From: Octopus sinensis
Lineage: Eukaryota
Length of the DNA stretch: 34,383 nucleotides
Assembly: GCF_006345805.1 (NCBI RefSeq)
Contig: NW_021831687.1
Coordinates: forward strand, 1 to 34,383
Reading direction: 5' to 3'
The notes under the pieces are model-generated. The model ran no database searches and was not told the DNA's origin. It was given only the letters and a program-made list of their open reading frames with translations. Numbering within the stretch: the first letter of the stretch is position 1; each line of letters opens with the position of its first letter. The translations under genes were made by a program, and so were the position numbers. Positions 22,606 through 34,205 of the stretch are shown here, piece by piece.

Positions 22606-22837
22606 TTATTTCTTTATTGCCCACAAGGGGCTGAACATAGAGGGGACAAACAAGGACAGACAAAGGGATTAAGTCAATAACATCGACCCCAGTGTGTAAC
22701 TAGTACTTAATTTATCGACCCCAAAAGGATGAAAGGCAAAGTCGACCTCAGCAGAATTTGAACTAAGAACATAACAGCAGACAAAATACCGCTAAGCATT
22801 TCACCTGGCATGCTAACGTTTCTGCCAGCTCACCGCC
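22606..22837 (-). mobile_element. tRNA-derived SINE family B, near full length
   Basis: Minus-strand head ggcggtgagctggcagaaacg...agttcaaattc, followed by the central gaggtcgactttgcctttcatcc...ggggtcgataaattaagtac domain. Confidence 0.85.
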
Positions 22838-22894
22838 TCGTATCACTACTGCTGTCAAAAGGATTTTGTCAGCATCTTGCATTGAACTCCTTAA

Positions 22895-23079
22895 CCTTTT
22901 ACCATGCTTATTTATTCACATTTTTCTGAATTAATCATGCATGATCTGATAGATTTGTGGTTTCAATGATCTGATTGATTATTTTTAGAATAACATTTTT
23001 GGGTAGGTGTGAGAAGCCGTATCTGGCTGGTGTGAACATAGAACAGGGGCCAGACATAGCTTGTTTAAATGCTAAAGTG
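22895..23079. mobile_element. piggyBac-type MITE, degenerate second copy of the 20539-20756 family
   Basis: ttaa|ccttttacc ... aaatgctaaagtg|ttga; shares the internal gattatttttagaat...gggtaggtgtgag...tctggc segment. Confidence 0.6.
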
Positions 23080-23707
23080 TTGATGTCTAGTGTGTAAAGA
23101 TGATTGTAGCACCTGGTTCTAAGACAAAAATGTCCCTGTAAACTAACTGATCCCTGACCTTCTTTGATATATTATGCTTACATGATCACACCACTCGTGA
23201 AATTTATCAGGACCTCACTTTTTAATATTTTAGTAGTCCTTCAGACAAGACTGCCAAACACTATCAAATAACTCATCAAAAATGAAATAATGCTGTTTGA
23301 TCTTCACCAACAAATAATTTCTTTTTGTAACCACTACAACAGAAACAGAACCCTGGATTTACACTGTCTGCAATATAACCAACTACACTATAGCTCATAC
23401 TTTTTCTTAAAACAAAATTCCAAACAACAGAAGCTTTCGGTTATCCAGTTAAGATGATGAATGTCACTCACTGTTAAGAATGCTTGCATTTAAAAATTCG
23501 TAATTAAATGAAATTACTAAGTATTGTGTATTATTAACCACAGGGTAGGTTCAAGACTATATAAGACTATGTGGTTAACTTTCGGGCCTGCTTGGCACTT
23601 TGGGTGGGTGTCTTCTACTTCAGTTGCAAGATGACCAAAGACTTATGCATGAATTTGGTGGATGGAAACTAAAAGCAGTCTGCTGTGTATGTGTGCGTGT
23701 GTGTGTG

Positions 23708-23808
<101 letters not shown>

Positions 23809-24151
23809 CAATAACACAGATGGGTTGCAGTTCACTACAGCTGTTTCAGACATGTTTTTTTTATTGATGAACAAACCAATTATATCATGTGCAAAAACTA
23901 ATTTCTTCTGATGAATTAAAATCCAAAATTTAATACTTAGAATTATTCATGCAAAAAGTATAGAATGTATTTTGACTCTCTCTCTTGTGTGTGTGTGTGT
24001 GTGTGTGTGTCTGTGAGTGTCCTTGTCTTGACACCACATGATGGTTGTAATCATCAGCCATTGTCACACAAGTGGTGTCATTCATTTCTCATCTTCTAAA
24101 GAAACACGTCTGGCCATGGGAAATATTACCTTGCTTCTAAAACTTTGCCTT

Positions 24152-24660
24152 AGGCAAAGTTGATCTTGGCAGAATTTGAACTCAGAACATAGTGAAAGAC
24201 GAAATACCACTAAACATTTCACCTGGTGTGCTAACAGTTTTGCCAACTCACCACCTAAATAATATTAATAATGGTTTCAAATTTTGGCATGAGGCCAGCA
24301 AGTTTAGGGGAGGGACTAAGTCGATTAACTTGACCCCAGTGCTCAACTGATACTTATTTTATCGACCCCGAAAGGATGAAAGGCAAAGTCAACCTTGGCA
24401 GAATTTGAACTCAGCATGTAAAGACAGATGAAATGGCACTAAACATTTTGCCCAGCATACTAATGATTCAGCCAGCTCACTGACCCAATAACAATAATAA
24501 TAATAATAATAAGAGCAGAAATAATTTTTTTCTAATTTTGGCACAAGACTAGCAATTTTTTAAGGAGAGTTGATATCATCAACCCCAGCACTTAACTAAC
24601 ACTTATTTTATTGATCCTAGAAGGATGATAGGCAAAGTTGACCTCCACTGCACTTGAACA
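24152..24660 (-). mobile_element. Cluster of three SINE family B copies/fragments (24152-24255, 24270-24485, 24520-24660)
   Basis: Each carries ggcaaagt(c/t)...cagaatttgaactc and/or atcgaccccgaaaggatgaaagg, in the same orientation as 22606-22837. Confidence 0.8.
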
Positions 24661-24925
24661 ATGTTACTAATAATGATGAAGTTACTGTATACAGTGCTCA
24701 AGTACACTACAGCTTAAGGGAAAAGGTTAAAAGAAGGAACAAAGAGCAGTTATTTGAGCCAAGTGAAGAAAGCGATGAACGTTAGAAGTTTATAAAGGAA
24801 TATAAGAGAAAAACAGAGAAAAGTAAACATTAAAAGCGATGCAGAGGTACATCAGGAGTAGTGTTGGTGAATATACATATATATGTATATGAGTGTGTGT
24901 GTGTGTATGTGTATATATATATGCA

Positions 24926-24972
<47 letters not shown>

Positions 24973-24976
<4 letters not shown>

Positions 24977-25020
24977 AGAACGGACGTTAAACGATGATGA
25001 TGATGATGAATGATGATGAT
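24973..25020 (+). mobile_element. Extreme 3'-terminal fragment of the RTE tail inside (TA)n
   Basis: atggagaacggacgttaaacgatgatgatg matches the terminal atggaaagcggacgttaaacgatgatg of the element at 29637-31343. Confidence 0.75.
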
Positions 25021-25089
25021 ATGTATATATATACATGCATATATATATATATATACATACATACCTACATACATACATATATACGTATA

Positions 25090-25120
<31 letters not shown>

Positions 25121-25127
25121 TATATAT

Positions 25128-25540
25128 GACAGGCTTCTTTCAATTCCTGTCCACCAAATCCACTCACAAAGCTTTGGTCAGCCTGAGGCTATAGTAGAAG
25201 ACACTTGCCCAAGGTGCCACGCAGTGGGACTGAACCCAGAACCATGTGGTTGGTAAGCAAGTTACTTACCACACACCCACTTCTATGCCTTCACAAATAT
25301 ATATATATGCGCATATACATACAAACATGCATGTATATAAATATACATACTTACATACATACATACATACATACATGCATACTTGCATGCATGCATGCAT
25401 ACATATGATGGCCTACTTTCAGTTTCCATCAACTGAATCCGCTAATAAAGTTATGTTTGACTCCTTGCTGTAGTAGAAGAAGCTCGCCCAAGGTGCCACA
25501 CAGTAGGACTGAACCTGAAACTATGTGACTGAGTAGCTAA
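25128..25540 (-). mobile_element. Two SINE family A 5'-half copies (25128-25290, 25405-25540)
   Basis: acaggcttctttca...gacacttgcccaaggtgccacgcagtgggactgaaccc, homologous to 865-1025. Confidence 0.8.
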
Positions 25541-26404
25541 TAAAATCTGTATACAAACAAAAGGTAAGGCTATTATCAGAAGAATGCTAAATATCTGATC
25601 CAGTGAGCTATCATTTCTGTTCAATAAATCCAAATATTCAGCTATTTCTATTAAACCAAAAGCCATATGAAGCAATGACCCCCGACAGAGATCAAAACCA
25701 CTGCATTATCTGTGAGTGGTTCTAACATGGCTGTTTTACTTGTTGTGGCTCTCCAGGCCAAAGCTGTTTGATTTATATTTCTATGCTTCCATATCGACTG
25801 ACTGGTTTTATGAGATGAGATAAGAACCTTGCCAAAGTGTTGATGTTGTTGTTGTTGCCGTTAGAGATCATTGAGTGATATAGCATCATAAATAGCAATC
25901 AATTTGTTGATGGTAAGTTATTAGTTTCAGCTGCCAGATTTGATATAGATTTTTAACTATTTACTTCAAAAAATTGTTTGCTGTATTTAAAATTTCAAAA
26001 CAAACTGTGAATTCTATAGCCTAAAGCTGGCTGCTACCATTATAGCTTTTCTCTGGTTGTGTCATAGAAAAACTGATTCTCTTATAAATATTGGCTTTGG
26101 AAAAGGGCACAATTTATTGACATCCCTCTGTTCTTTGTCTACTCCAGACATTTAGGAACATTTGGATTCTTTTTTATTTTCATAGTCAGAGAGAAGGGCA
26201 GCACTTGTGACTTTCATTTTTGCAGGGCACAAGACACTTGATATAGAGAAGGAGGAAGTTGTCCTCCAACTGGAAACCTGACCTGAATGTTTTTAACATG
26301 AGTGAGCCCTGCCATAAATGTACCTAAGAACGAGATGCCAGGGTAAAATTAGGCAGTGGATTAATCCTTTAGCATTCAGATTAGTCAGCCAAATGCAAAA
26401 AGTA

Positions 26405-26748
26405 AAGGGTAAAGACCACCTTTGCTCATGAATAACCATGGGATTGCACCTAGAAAGTTACCTCTGAGACACAAGTCCAGGCAAGGTTGTTTTTATGGAA
26501 GACCAGCAGTCACCCATGCATATCAGCCTCCCCTCTTCATACCACTGATGTTATCCAAAGAAAGGCAAAAGCCAATACAGCTTGGCACCAGTGACGCCGC
26601 ATCTCATTTCTATAGGTGAGTGAACTGGAGCATCATGAAATAAAGTGTCTTGCTCAAGAGCACAACACACAGCCCAGTCCAGGAATCGAACTTACTACTT
26701 CATGATTATGGGCTTAATGCTCTAAATACTGGGCCATGTGCCTTCATA
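26405..26748 (-). mobile_element. tRNA-derived SINE (family C-type head, different 3' part)
   Basis: Minus-strand head tgaaggcacatggcccagtatttagagc...aagttcgattcctggactggg...ttgtgctcttgagcaagacactt, homologous to 21542-21680. Confidence 0.75.
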
Positions 26749-27399
26749 ATCAATTGCCGTAATTGTTACCCTATAACAGGCTTGTTATTTACTGTACCAG
26801 AGCTATTATTAGAATTTCCCCAGAAATAATCACAGGTCAGATTTGTCAAGACAAGCCAACCAGCAAGAGACATTGAAGTCAACCAAAAATGGAATGGTTG
26901 TATAATATCCATAGTCTCAGTCGGTTATACTTGCGAATCCAGCTGGAATGTGTGAATTGACAGTTGCTTCTGATAGTACCTTGTGGAGGAAGTACCTGAA
27001 GTGTCTATCTCCATGACCCTCCCAGTAACAGGGGTGGGGGAGAAAATGGATGGATGGTTATTTACTGTGCATCTAATAGGATGCTGGATGACAGAATTGT
27101 AAAGAACACCTGAAAAAATACCTTAAAGTACTTAAATATAACACTATATTCTCTAAGATGAAATCCAGCTAAGGTTGATGTTAGCCTTTCATCTTTCCAA
27201 TGTTTATACAATATATACTAGCACAGTACTAAATCAATGTATAGTTGATTTAAAGTATAATATTAAATCAAAGTATAGTTGATTTAATCAACTGTTTGCA
27301 TTCCATTAGCATGTACTTAATTGATTTCTAAGGCTAGTTAGTGTTAATGCTAGAAGCAACAGCAATCCTTTTGTTTACTTTGATAAACAATATGAACAA

Positions 27400-27560
27400 G
27401 GCATAGGAGTGGCTGTGTGGTAAGTAGCTTGCTTACGAACCACATGGTTCCGGGTTCAGTCCCACTGTGTGGCACCTTGGGCAACTGTCTTCTACTATAG
27501 TCTTGGGCCGACCAAAGCCTTGTGAGTGGATTTGGTAAACAGAAACTGAAAGAAGCCCGT
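27400..27560 (+). mobile_element. SINE family A, 5' half
   Basis: ggagtggctgtgtggtaagtagcttgcttacgaaccacatggttccgggttcagtccc... ending at gaaagaagcccgt. Confidence 0.85.
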
Positions 27561-28021
27561 TTGGCCAAGCATGACCTTTCTTTCTTGGTTCAGCTACCAT
27601 CCGTGTTGCATCCCTTATATTTCTTCCCATGGCTTTCATCTTCTATGTTCCTGCTGTAAGGCTTTCACTTCCACACACACCAACTTGATTTAAATCGTCC
27701 TTAGTTGAAAGACACCTGTTGTTTGTATTTCTAATTGTGTACCATTTCTCTGGGGGTTTTTTGTCCTTGTTTTCATATACAGTTGCTTGCTTTCTTCCAA
27801 AGAATCTAGTGCTCTTAGCTTAGCTTTTCTTGGGGCCAGCCAGGTTAGTGCCATCTCAAGTGTAACCGGCTGAAACTGCAAAGATGATCTGGAACGCGAC
27901 TGAAGATTAAAAACTCCAAAGGACCCGTCATTGTTTTTTCCTGTCCTTTTTTGTATTGTCTGACTGTCTAAATGTTTTTGGTTGCCTGTTATGTTCTTGT
28001 TCCATTTTTTATTTTGTTTAT

Positions 28022-28187
28022 ATGAGTGGCTGTGTGGTAAGTACCTTGCTTACCAACCACATGGTTCCGGGTCCATTCCCACTGCGTGGCACCTTGGGTA
28101 AATGTCTTCTACTATAGCCTCGAGCCAACCTAAGCCTTCTGAGTGGATTTGGTAGACGGAAACTGAAAGAAGCCTGTTGTATATATG

Positions 28188-28220
<33 letters not shown>

Positions 28221-28450
28221 ATGTTTGTGTGTGTGTATGTTTGTGTGTCTGTGTTTGTCCCCCCAATATTGCTTGACAACCGATGCTGGTGTGCTTACGT
28301 CCCCGTAACTTAGCGGTTTGGCAAAAGAGACTGATAGAATAAGTACTAGGCTTACAAAGAATAAGTCCTGGGGTCGATTTGTTCGACCAAAGGCGGTGCT
28401 CCAGCATGGCCACAGTAAAATGACTGAAACAAGTAAAAGAATAATAGAAT
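28022..28450 (+). mobile_element. SINE family A, near full length
   Basis: Collinear with 865-1296 from head to tail. Confidence 0.9.
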
Positions 28451-28713
28451 ATATATATATATATATTACTTTATAGTTATTTCTGAGTATGCATTGTCTG
28501 GGACTTTTTCTTGCAGTTGAAGAAATAGCCAAATATTTGGCTGCTATTTCTAAAAAGCTCGGTGTGTGGTAAAGTGAATTATTTTACTTTACCCTATTTT
28601 TATAAAGTAATATTTCAAATATACCGTAAATGGTCGTTTTACATACCGAACACTGCTCGGTCGAATTAATTAATAATTAATTAATTCTACCCTTTTTTAT
28701 TGACTATATATAT

Positions 28714-28760
<47 letters not shown>

Positions 28761-28858
28761 GTATGTATATATGTATGTATATATATATGTATGTATATAT
28801 ATGTATATATATATATTATATATATATGTATATACATATGTATATATATATGTATATA

Positions 28859-28918
<60 letters not shown>

Positions 28919-29169
28919 ATTGTTGGCGATTTTTTTCCTCTGTCTTCCTTTTCTCTTAGACTTTCCGCCATCTCCTGTCTCTGATGAAGAGCTTTGTTCA
29001 AGAGTGAAACTACCTTTCTTTTCTTCCCTGAGCATCTGCTAATACTTTGCATGTACCACATCCTCATGTTGTTTTTTCTTGTTGTGTTTTTTCTTTGTTT
29101 TTTTTTTATATGTATATATACACACACACATACCTACATACATTCACACACACACACATATACACATAT

Positions 29170-29296
29170 GTGATGGACTTCCATGCAGTTTCTGCCTACC
29201 AAATTCACTCACAAGTCATTGGTCAGCCCAGGACTATAGAGGAAGACACTTGCCCAAATTGCTGCACTGTGGGACTGAACCCAAAACCATGTGACA
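29170..29296 (-). mobile_element. SINE family A, 5' half, degenerate
   Basis: caaattcactcacaag...gaagacacttgcccaa...gtgggactgaaccc. Confidence 0.7.
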
Positions 29297-29604
29297 TAAT
29301 TGATTTCAAACTTATTTCATAGAATTTTTTTAATGACATGACAAATTTGTCTACACTTATTATCTTGTCTTAGTAGGACTTGGTGGGAGAAGGTTTGGCA
29401 GGTGTAATTAGCAAAATGAACTAATTACACTTGAACTTCTTAATTAACGTAACAATTCATTAATTGGATAAAACATACTAATTGATAGTGTATTTTGTAT
29501 TGTTGATGCATAAATAAAAAAAAATGAATAAAAATCAAAAGTATTAATTAAAAGAATATGCTTAATTATCAGTTATTCAGTTAGGTGTGTTATACGTATA
29601 TGTA

Positions 29605-29635
<31 letters not shown>

Positions 29636-29636
29636 C

Positions 29637-31340
29637 ATCATCATCATCATCATCATCGTTTAACGTCCGCTTTCCATGCTAGCATGGGTTGGACGGTTCA
29701 ACTGGGGTCTGGCAAGCCCGAAGGCTGCACCAGGCCAGTCAGATCTGGCAGTGTTTCTACAGCTGGATGCCCTTCCTAACGCCAACCACCCCGAGAGTGT
29801 AGTGGGTGATTTTATGTGCCACCGACACAGGTGCCAGACGAGGCTGGCAGACGGCCACGTTCGGATGGTGTTTTTTATGTGTCACCGACACAGGTGCCAG
29901 ACGAGGCTGGCGGACGGCCACGCTCGGATGGTGTTTGTTACATGCCCTTAGCACGGAGGCCAGTCGTTGCGGTACTGGCTACGGTCACGTTCGGATGGTT
30001 TTCTTATGTGCCACCGGCACTGGTACCACAAGGATACAAATTCCATTGATGTTCATCTATTTTGATTTGGTTCGATTTGATTTGATTTGATTCGATTCTC
30101 ACTTGCCTCAACAGGTCTTCACAAGTGTCACAAGAAGGAAGGTATGCACAGGTGGACTGACTACATCCCAGGTAGGGGCCACGGATTATGGCTTCACTAG
30201 TCTTGCCGGGTCTTCTCACGCACAGCATACTTCCATAGGTCTCGGTCTCTAGTCATTTCCATGGTGAGACCTAACGTCCGAAGGTCGTGCTTCACCACCT
30301 CGTCCCAGGTTTTCCTGGGTCTACCTCTTCCACGGGTTCCCTCAACTGCTAGGGATTGGCACTTTCTCACACACCTATCTTCATCCATTCTCGCCGCATG
30401 ACCATACCAGCGCAATCGTCTCTCTTGCACACCACAACTGATGCTTCTTAGGTACAACATTTCTCTCAAGGTACTAACGCTCTGTCGAGTAAGTACACTG
30501 ACATTACACATCCATCGGAGCATACTGGCTTCGTTCCTCACGAGCTTACGCATGTCCTCAGCAGTCACGGCCCATGTTTCACTGCCATGTAGCATAGCTG
30601 TTCGTACACATGCATCATACAGTCTGCCTTTTACTCTGAGCGAGAGGCCTTTAGTCACCAGCAGAGGTAAGAGCTCCCTAAACTTTGCCCAGGCTATTCT
30701 TATTCTAGCAGTTACACTTTCAGCGCACCCACCCCCACTACTGACTTGGTCACCTAGATAGCGGAAGCTATCAACTACTTCTAGTTTTTCCCCGGAAAGT
30801 GACGGAAGTTGTTTTCTGCAGATTTTCGGAGGTCAATGCTCCAGAGCATCTGCCACATACAAAAACTATCTTCCCAGTTAGCCTACCTTTGACATTGCTG
30901 CACCTCTTATGTGTCCATAGCTTACACTGGGTACATCTTATAGAGTTTCTACCTACACCTTTTCTACAGATCGAGCAGGGCCATCTTCCTGAGGATATTT
31001 GTGGATTGTCTACCTTTCTACTTATTAGTACTTTGGTTTTAGCTAGGTTGACTCTAAGGCCCCTCGATTCTAAACCCTCCTTCCACACCTGGAACTTCTC
31101 CTCCAGTTCTGATAGTGACTCACCAATTAGAGCGAGGTCGTCAGCATAGAGGAGCTCCCAGGGGCAACCTGTCTTGAATTCCTCCACAATTGCCTGGAGG
31201 ACTATGATAAATAGGAGGGGGCTGAGTACTGAACCCTGGTGGACCCCAACCTCTACTTTGAATTCTTCTGTGTACATGTTGCCAACTCTAACCTTACTTA
31301 CGGCATCTCTGTACATGGCTTGCACAGCCCTCACCAGCCA

Positions 31341-31343
<3 letters not shown>
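29637..31343 (-). mobile_element. RTE-clade LINE, 5'-truncated, with ~540-bp 3' UTR and (GAT)n tail
   Basis: GVHQGSVLSPLLF, LLYADDL, GLRVNLAKTK, PHD-like insert, FRYLGD, LHGSETW, RRLRWYGH, GRGRPRKTW. One frameshift at ~30790; stop at 30197. The 3' UTR contains (AATCA)n-like and 63-bp repeats and ends ggacgttaaac(gat)n. (TA)n on both sides. Confidence 0.93.
29811..30030. repeat. 63-bp tandem repeat (~3.3 units) within the RTE 3' UTR
   Basis: tttatgtgccaccgacacaggtgccagacgaggctggcagacggccacgttcggatggtg at 29811 and 29874, with a diverged third and a partial fourth unit. Confidence 0.85.
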
Positions 31344-31419
<76 letters not shown>

Positions 31420-32323
31420 CAGGGTGTGGGTGAATATATTGTTGTCTACATTACGCAAAATGTAAATAACACTGACATCTCGATTTAACAGATACATTTA
31501 CCAAAATTACATGAAAATATTTTGAATTACTAAAGTGTAAATTTATTCAATAAAATCACCATTGACTTCAACAAGAGCCTCCAGATGATCTCAAAGTCTC
31601 CTGCAACTATTCTGGACAGTCTCCTTGTTTAAGTTGGTGAATGCTGCCATAATCCGTACCTTCTGTTCATCTTTGGTGTTAGAAGAGGTTTTGTTGCTCT
31701 CTTGCTCAACTGTGCCCCACACATAATAATGAAAGGAGTTGTAGTCTGTGGAGTTAGGTGGCCAGATGTTAGGGATGATGTGGTCACAGAAATTGTCTGA
31801 CAGCCATGACTGGATTCTCCTGCTTGTGTGGCATGGTGCAGAGTCCTGTTGCTAGACATAGGGTCTTCCAGCAGCCATCCTCTTGGTCCAGGGCAGCACT
31901 ACCTCCTCCATGCACTTGATGTAAGTCTCCATGTTGAGTCTGTGGTCATGTGGGAAGATGAATGGAGGCATAACATCGCCATTACTAGTGATCACTCCAA
32001 ACCCCATGATGTTGACTGGATGTTTCATTTTTATCACTCTCAGTACATCTTTTGGGTACACAGCATACACAGCCTCTTTTGAATACACAGTTGTTCTGTA
32101 TGTTCACCATCTTTTTGTATTGGAACTTCCAGCGTGAATGCCAAGCAGTACAGCATGTTGTTTCCAAATTTCTGGCAAAGTGAATTGCATCATGGTGCTG
32201 TTTTTCACACAGACAGTGCCCAACTGAACCTACTATACTGGGTAGTCAACAAAATCAAAAATAAGCAATGCGCATGCACAACGTAACAAATATAAAATGG
32301 CAACAATTTACTCATTGCATTTA
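31420..32323 (-). mobile_element. Tc1/mariner (maT-like, DD37D spacing) internally deleted element
   Basis: KHPVNIMGFGVITSNGDVMPPFIFP...PYV*QQDSAPCHTSRR...IWPPNSTDYNSFHYYVWG...NGDFIE*. There are 37 residues between the QQD aspartate and the position of the third D (here H). TA|cagggtg left end; degenerate TIRs (13/16 match of tgaatatattgttgtc with 32297-32323). Confidence 0.85.
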
Positions 32324-32414
32324 TATGTATAATAAGCATATATTATATGCATATATAAACACACACACTCACATATATTAGTGACAGTTGCTTACAACTG
32401 AGTGTCTAAATATC

Positions 32415-32680
32415 ATCATTGTTATCTTAGCATCCACTTTCCAATGTTCACATGGGTGAAATGGGATTTGTTGAGGCAGATTTTCTATGACCAGATGCAC
32501 TTCCTGTCACCAAACCTCACCTGTTTCCAAGTAAGGTAATCTTTTGCTATGACCAGACATGTTTTATGGAAGATTGTGAATGAAGGACCTCCTTTCATAA
32601 TGGTGGCACTCATTTACAATTATCACAAGATATGAAGGCAAGGAGACAGCAACACAGACATGCACACACAGACACACACA
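32415..32680 (-). mobile_element. SINE 3' part carrying an RTE-derived tail, degenerate
   Basis: Minus strand ggtttggtgacaggaagtgcatctggtcatagaaa...acccatgtgaacattggaaagtggatgctaagataacaatgatg aligns with the 3' tail of 29637-29790. Confidence 0.7.
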
Positions 32681-32698
32681 CATGTATATCTGTACATA

Positions 32699-33250
32699 CA
32701 GGGTTATTCAAAAAGAATGAACTGATTTGATTACGCAATATTTTAATAAGGAAAAGCAGTAGAAAACTCCAGCTAAGTCACAAGTATTTACTACCAATCA
32801 ACTTTTATTTCCTGTCTTACAATTGTTCGATGTGGCCACCACCTGCAGCATGGACAACATCAATACAATAAAAGAATTCCTCCCAGACACGTGTCAGCAT
32901 ATCACGATCCACTGACTTCATCGCTGTTGTGTGATTTTTGTTCTTGTGGGGATATGTAAAATATCATGTTTATGTTCAACCACTACTCACTAACCCCAAT
33001 GACCTTAAACATTGAATAACAGCAGTGATCAACTCAGTGGATTGGGATCTGGTGATACGCATCTGGGAGGAATTCTCTTATCGCATTGATGTTGCCTGTG
33101 CTGCAGGTGGTGACCACATTGAACACTTGTAAGACAGAAAATAAAAGGTGATTGTGAGTAAATACTTGTGACTTAGCTGGAGTTTTCTATTGCTTTTCCT
33201 TATTAAAATATTGTGTAATGAAATCACTTCATTCTTTTTGAATAACCCTG
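32699..33250. mobile_element. Fold-back Tc1/mariner-derived MITE, 552 bp, ~230-bp inverted arms, TA target duplication
   Basis: TA|cagggttattcaaaaagaatg ... cattctttttgaataaccctg|TA. Arms are 32699-32927 and 33019-33250. The plus strand encodes a transposase C-terminus, FLWGYVKYHVYVQP...RIWEEFSYRIDVACAAGGDHIEHL*. Confidence 0.92.
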
Positions 33251-33839
33251 TAAATATATATATGTATGTATACCTATACATAACTATACACACACACACA
33301 TGTATAACTATATTTTAAAATATATGGGCTGATTACAGAGTGCTCATAGAGAGCCAAGGCAAAAAAATATAGAGTAGAGAAAATTAAAAATACAAAGTTT
33401 AGGCAGTCAAACAGATTTCCGAATGCTTAAATGAAATCATTCAACCAAATTAGTTGAAGCATATATATTTATTCACATCAGCATAAATCATGCATGTACA
33501 AGGCATAAAGATTCTCCAATGGTTTAAAGAATATAAAACCAAACATACAGAAAGATATAGAAGATATATAAAAATATAAAATTACCTATAACTAAAAAAT
33601 TACATGTAATGAGTTATGTGTGATAAATCTGGAAGATGCAAAATGAATGAAAGATTGGTAAATATAGGAATAAAAACATCAATTTTAAGAAGACAAACTG
33701 CCTAAATCTTCTAAAAGTCACTTATACAAATAAATTATAAGATAGAAATTACAAGATAAAAGATGTTCGAGGTCAAAATTCTAAAACAAGTGAGGGCTAA
33801 ATTTCAAGGTTAAAATAGAGAAATAAAAAGGATCCAAAA

Positions 33840-33960
33840 TTGTATGTATGTATGTATGTATGTATGTATGTATGTAGATATGTATGTAGATATGTACATA
33901 CGTATGTATGCATGCATGCATATATGCATGTATGTATGTATGTGTGTATGTGTATATATA
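33840..33960. repeat. (GTAT)n tetranucleotide microsatellite
   Basis: Repeated gtat units with interruptions. Confidence 0.9.
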
Positions 33961-34077
33961 TTTAGAAACTTTCTGCAGTGAAGAAACACTTTACTCAAAT
34001 GGCTCTGAGGAGGCTATAAGATGTTGCACTGGCATTCAACTCTGGGTGCAGTGACATATGGTAGAAACAGCTGTAAG

Positions 34078-34108
<31 letters not shown>

Positions 34109-34109
34109 A

Positions 34110-34205
34110 CAATTTCCTTGCAGTTTTCATCAATTTAATCCACTTACAAGGCTTTGATTGGCCTGAGGCTATAGTGACCAAGGTGTCATGCAGAGGGACA
34201 GCAAT
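34110..34205 (-). mobile_element. SINE family A fragment, degenerate
   Basis: aatccacttacaaggctttgattggcctgaggctatagt...ccaaggtgtcatgcag. Confidence 0.6.

Noticed and set aside
27860-27925. GAAA ... CTGAAGA as a permuted (type II/III) hammerhead
   Set aside because: No stem III or NUH site could be formed. The surrounding 27660-27960 looks like an unclassified repeat that I cannot support further.
29811-30030. CRISPR-like array
   Set aside because: The units are contiguous tandem repeats without unique spacers, inside a eukaryotic LINE UTR, and there are no cas genes.
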